64,000 bases of DNA from Raillietiella orientalis (taxonomy: Eukaryota), in assembly GCA_036172245.1 (NCBI GenBank), contig JAYWIR010000087.1, positions 62,001 through 126,000 on the forward strand, written 5' to 3'. Position numbers and translations under genes: made by a program. This document shows, in pieces, positions 61,608-64,000 of this stretch (position 1 is the stretch's first letter; every line of letters begins with the position of its first letter). The notes under the pieces were generated by a model. That model worked only from the letters and a program-made list of their open reading frames with translations, had not been told where the DNA came from and did no database searches.

Positions 61608-64000
61608 GGCGAGCGGACGTGTTTTTCCTTCTCTCCCGAGTAAGTCGACAGGAAGCTGTTTTTTCTGTGGTTTTTTTTCTGTGGAACATCGTTGGTGTCC
61701 GATGGCATCGATGCCTGTGGACATCACGATGGATGGTGTGAAGAAGGCTTGCCCAACCCCACAGCCTACAGAATCAGGGGCGTCCGCCACGAAATCGCCG
61801 TCTCCGCTCAGAGCGAGGAGCTGGAGCGCCATGGTGTCCTTGCCTAGCGCGGAAGCCATAGCCGACATGGCAGCCTACCGGACAGCTGGGTACAAGCCCA
61901 ACCTTTTGTACCAGGTAGGCAATCTCTTTGACGGGCGAACTGCACATGCATTTTCGAAGGCGCTGCAGAACGCTATCGTGTTAGAGAAGGATCTTGACGG
62001 TCTATCCGTGCTTAGCGAAGGTCAGCGCTTCGAGGCTGTCTGTAAGGAAATCACCTTAGCGGAAAGCTTGATTACTACTCCGCGGAACGTGGAAGGACGC
62101 AAGATCCTGCAAGTCACGATGGACCGCTCCGTAGTGATCCATCTTTCTGGGATCACCAGCCGCACGACGCGGTTCTCGGTTGGTGATCAGCTCAGAAAAT
62201 ACGGCGAAGTACACGCGCTATTGCCAAAGGCCACAATCTTCGATGGCTACGATAGCATTTTCGGAGAGCAGGCTGCCGCGCGTGTGACCATTTAGAAGGA
62301 TAGTAGGATTCCCGACTAACTAGAGGTCAATGACCAGGACGTAGACCTCTGGTACGTATGGAAACACCGCTATTGTGGCTACTGCAATGCAGTAGGACAC
62401 CTTCGTAAGAGGTGCCCGAACATAGTGTGCCACTTATGCGGGGAGAAGCTCCACGTGCGCCGCGTGTGCTCTAAACGCCCCACTCCGGTGCCGCCTGCCG
62501 CAAAGAAAGCGCAGGCAAAACGCGGAAAATTGGTCGAAAGACCAAAACGAGATACTGGCCGGCAGCAGCCGCAAGCCCCCGTTCCTCCCAAACAGGCGTA
62601 GGAAGAAAAACCTTCCGAAGACGCGGGAGTCCAGGACGGCTGGCAGTTGGTTAAGGAAACAAAGGTAAAAAAGGTACCCCCCGGAAAACCCATGAAAGCG
62701 GTAAAAAAGACAGCCGACAAGGCGAAAACACCTGGGCTGCGCTCCAAGTCCATGCGGAAATGTAGAGTGGCACTGGAACGCATAGCTGTTCCCGAGACTG
62801 CCATTCGGGTAGACGAGCCTCCCCTCGCCAATTCCGCCGCGCCAGAGGTTCTGGACGGCGCACCCTCTGTTTGCACAGAGGGTGAGACGCGCGAAATAGC
62901 GACGGTCGAAGCCGAGGACGCCGCGTTCGCGCAGACGGCGGAGGAGCTCGCGACCACGCTGGCCGAGCGTGAGAACCCCTCGCGCAAGGCCGTGCGAAGG
63001 CCGGTTCCGCCTAAGAAGGCCCATGAAGGTCAGTTCGACCTGGGGGTCTGAAGTGCATCCTCCTTCTCGGAGGCACCCCCCAGGAAGTCGAAACGCAAGT
63101 CCCAGAAACCCAGGAGGAGCTTCCTCTACACCAGCGAGGAGGAGAAGCAGGAAGGTAGCGGTAGCGTGGGAATCCCGGAGGGGGAACTCCCACGCTCGGA
63201 AGCCGTCGAGCCGGCCACACCCATGAAGGAGGGTGAGCTGGGGGGCGAAGTCCTCTCTGCAGTCGCCGAGCCTGAACAGCCCGCCTCCATGGAGGAGGGC
63301 AAACAGGTATGCGCGACCCCAACTGAGGGTGACCCGCTCGACGCGCCGTTACCCATGTAGGAGGGGAACCAGGTGCACTCAGCTCCTGACCCTCCTTCTC
63401 CACCTAGCGACCCGCAGGTTGCGGACTCCGCATCGATATCTTTCCAGGAGTACCACCTGGGCACGCCAGTCGCCGTCGGATTCGCGCCGCCTGTTGGAGC
63501 GTCAACGGGCAGCGCGACGACGGTAACAGGCGAGATACGGCCGACACCCTGCGTGAGCTCGACCTGGCTCTGCTGCAGGAGATCCACGTGATCACCGCGG
63601 CAGACGCTCAGGAGATCTAGACGATCGCGGGGGGTCGGTTGTATTGGCGATGCGGCCTCCGCTACACCTGCGGGGTCGCGTTCTAGCGGTGGTATTATTA
63701 TCGTGCGGCATTATTATTCCTCCCTTTACGCCAGGGCGCCCCCGGAGCAAGATGCCTCTCGGCGCTTGCTTCCGGTCGGCGCTCCGGCAATAAGTGTGGA
63801 GAAGATGCAAAGCCTCGACGAGGCTTTCACCACCGGCGAAGTTCACGCCGGTATCAAAAGGCTCAAGAGGCGGATAGCACCAGGCGAGGACGGCCTGCCC
63901 GAGGAGTTATTTCAATGCTTCTCGGCAGAGTTGGCACCCCTGTTGTTTGAGTTGACAAGGCTGATCCGAGATGAAGTCGATGTACCCGCCTCGTTTTGTT
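61608..64000 (+). mobile_element. Family B element: 5' end, decayed ORF1, APE N-terminus, internal deletion, RT N-terminal region
   Basis: GAGCGGACGTGTTTTTCC; SWSAMV; CGYCNAVGHLRKRC, CHLCGEKLHVRRVC; ACWSVNG...LALLQEIH...CGVAF then YYSSLYAR...APGEDGLPEE. Runs off the window end. Confidence 0.88.

Noticed and set aside
63470..63720. Naturally endonuclease-less LINE family
   Set aside because: APE motifs (W.VNG, LQE.H, GVA) are present here and at about 3150 and 57630, with NVHAPN and GDLN at 45450-45590. The loss is by deletion.

Overview
Eukaryotic, repeat-dominated genomic DNA with no confidently recognisable host protein gene. Two dense islands of nested L1/Tx1-type non-LTR retrotransposons (about 1-22.5 kb and 45.4-64 kb) flank about 23 kb of mostly unassignable, decayed sequence. 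There are two lineages. Family A occurs as two head-to-tail near-full-length copies (3906-9617 and 9618-15320), each with zinc-knuckle ORF1 and APE-RT-CCHC ORF2. Their 5' leader is a spliceosomal U4 snRNA sequence: complete in copy 1, and from U4 nt 20 onward in copy 2. The tandem is bracketed by a 12-bp target-site duplication inside ORF1 of an older antisense LINE. Family B comprises about 15 decayed fragments in alternating orientation, with a shared CGGACGTG 5' motif, an AATAAA-hairpin 3' end and a ~24-aa insertion before RT motif A. The main candidate novel system is a U4 snRNA-headed LINE that may insert into U4 and rebuild it. A second candidate is recurrent antisense insertion of family B at the RT 'KAFD' codons of its relatives. 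All assignments come from reading motifs by eye; no database search was run.
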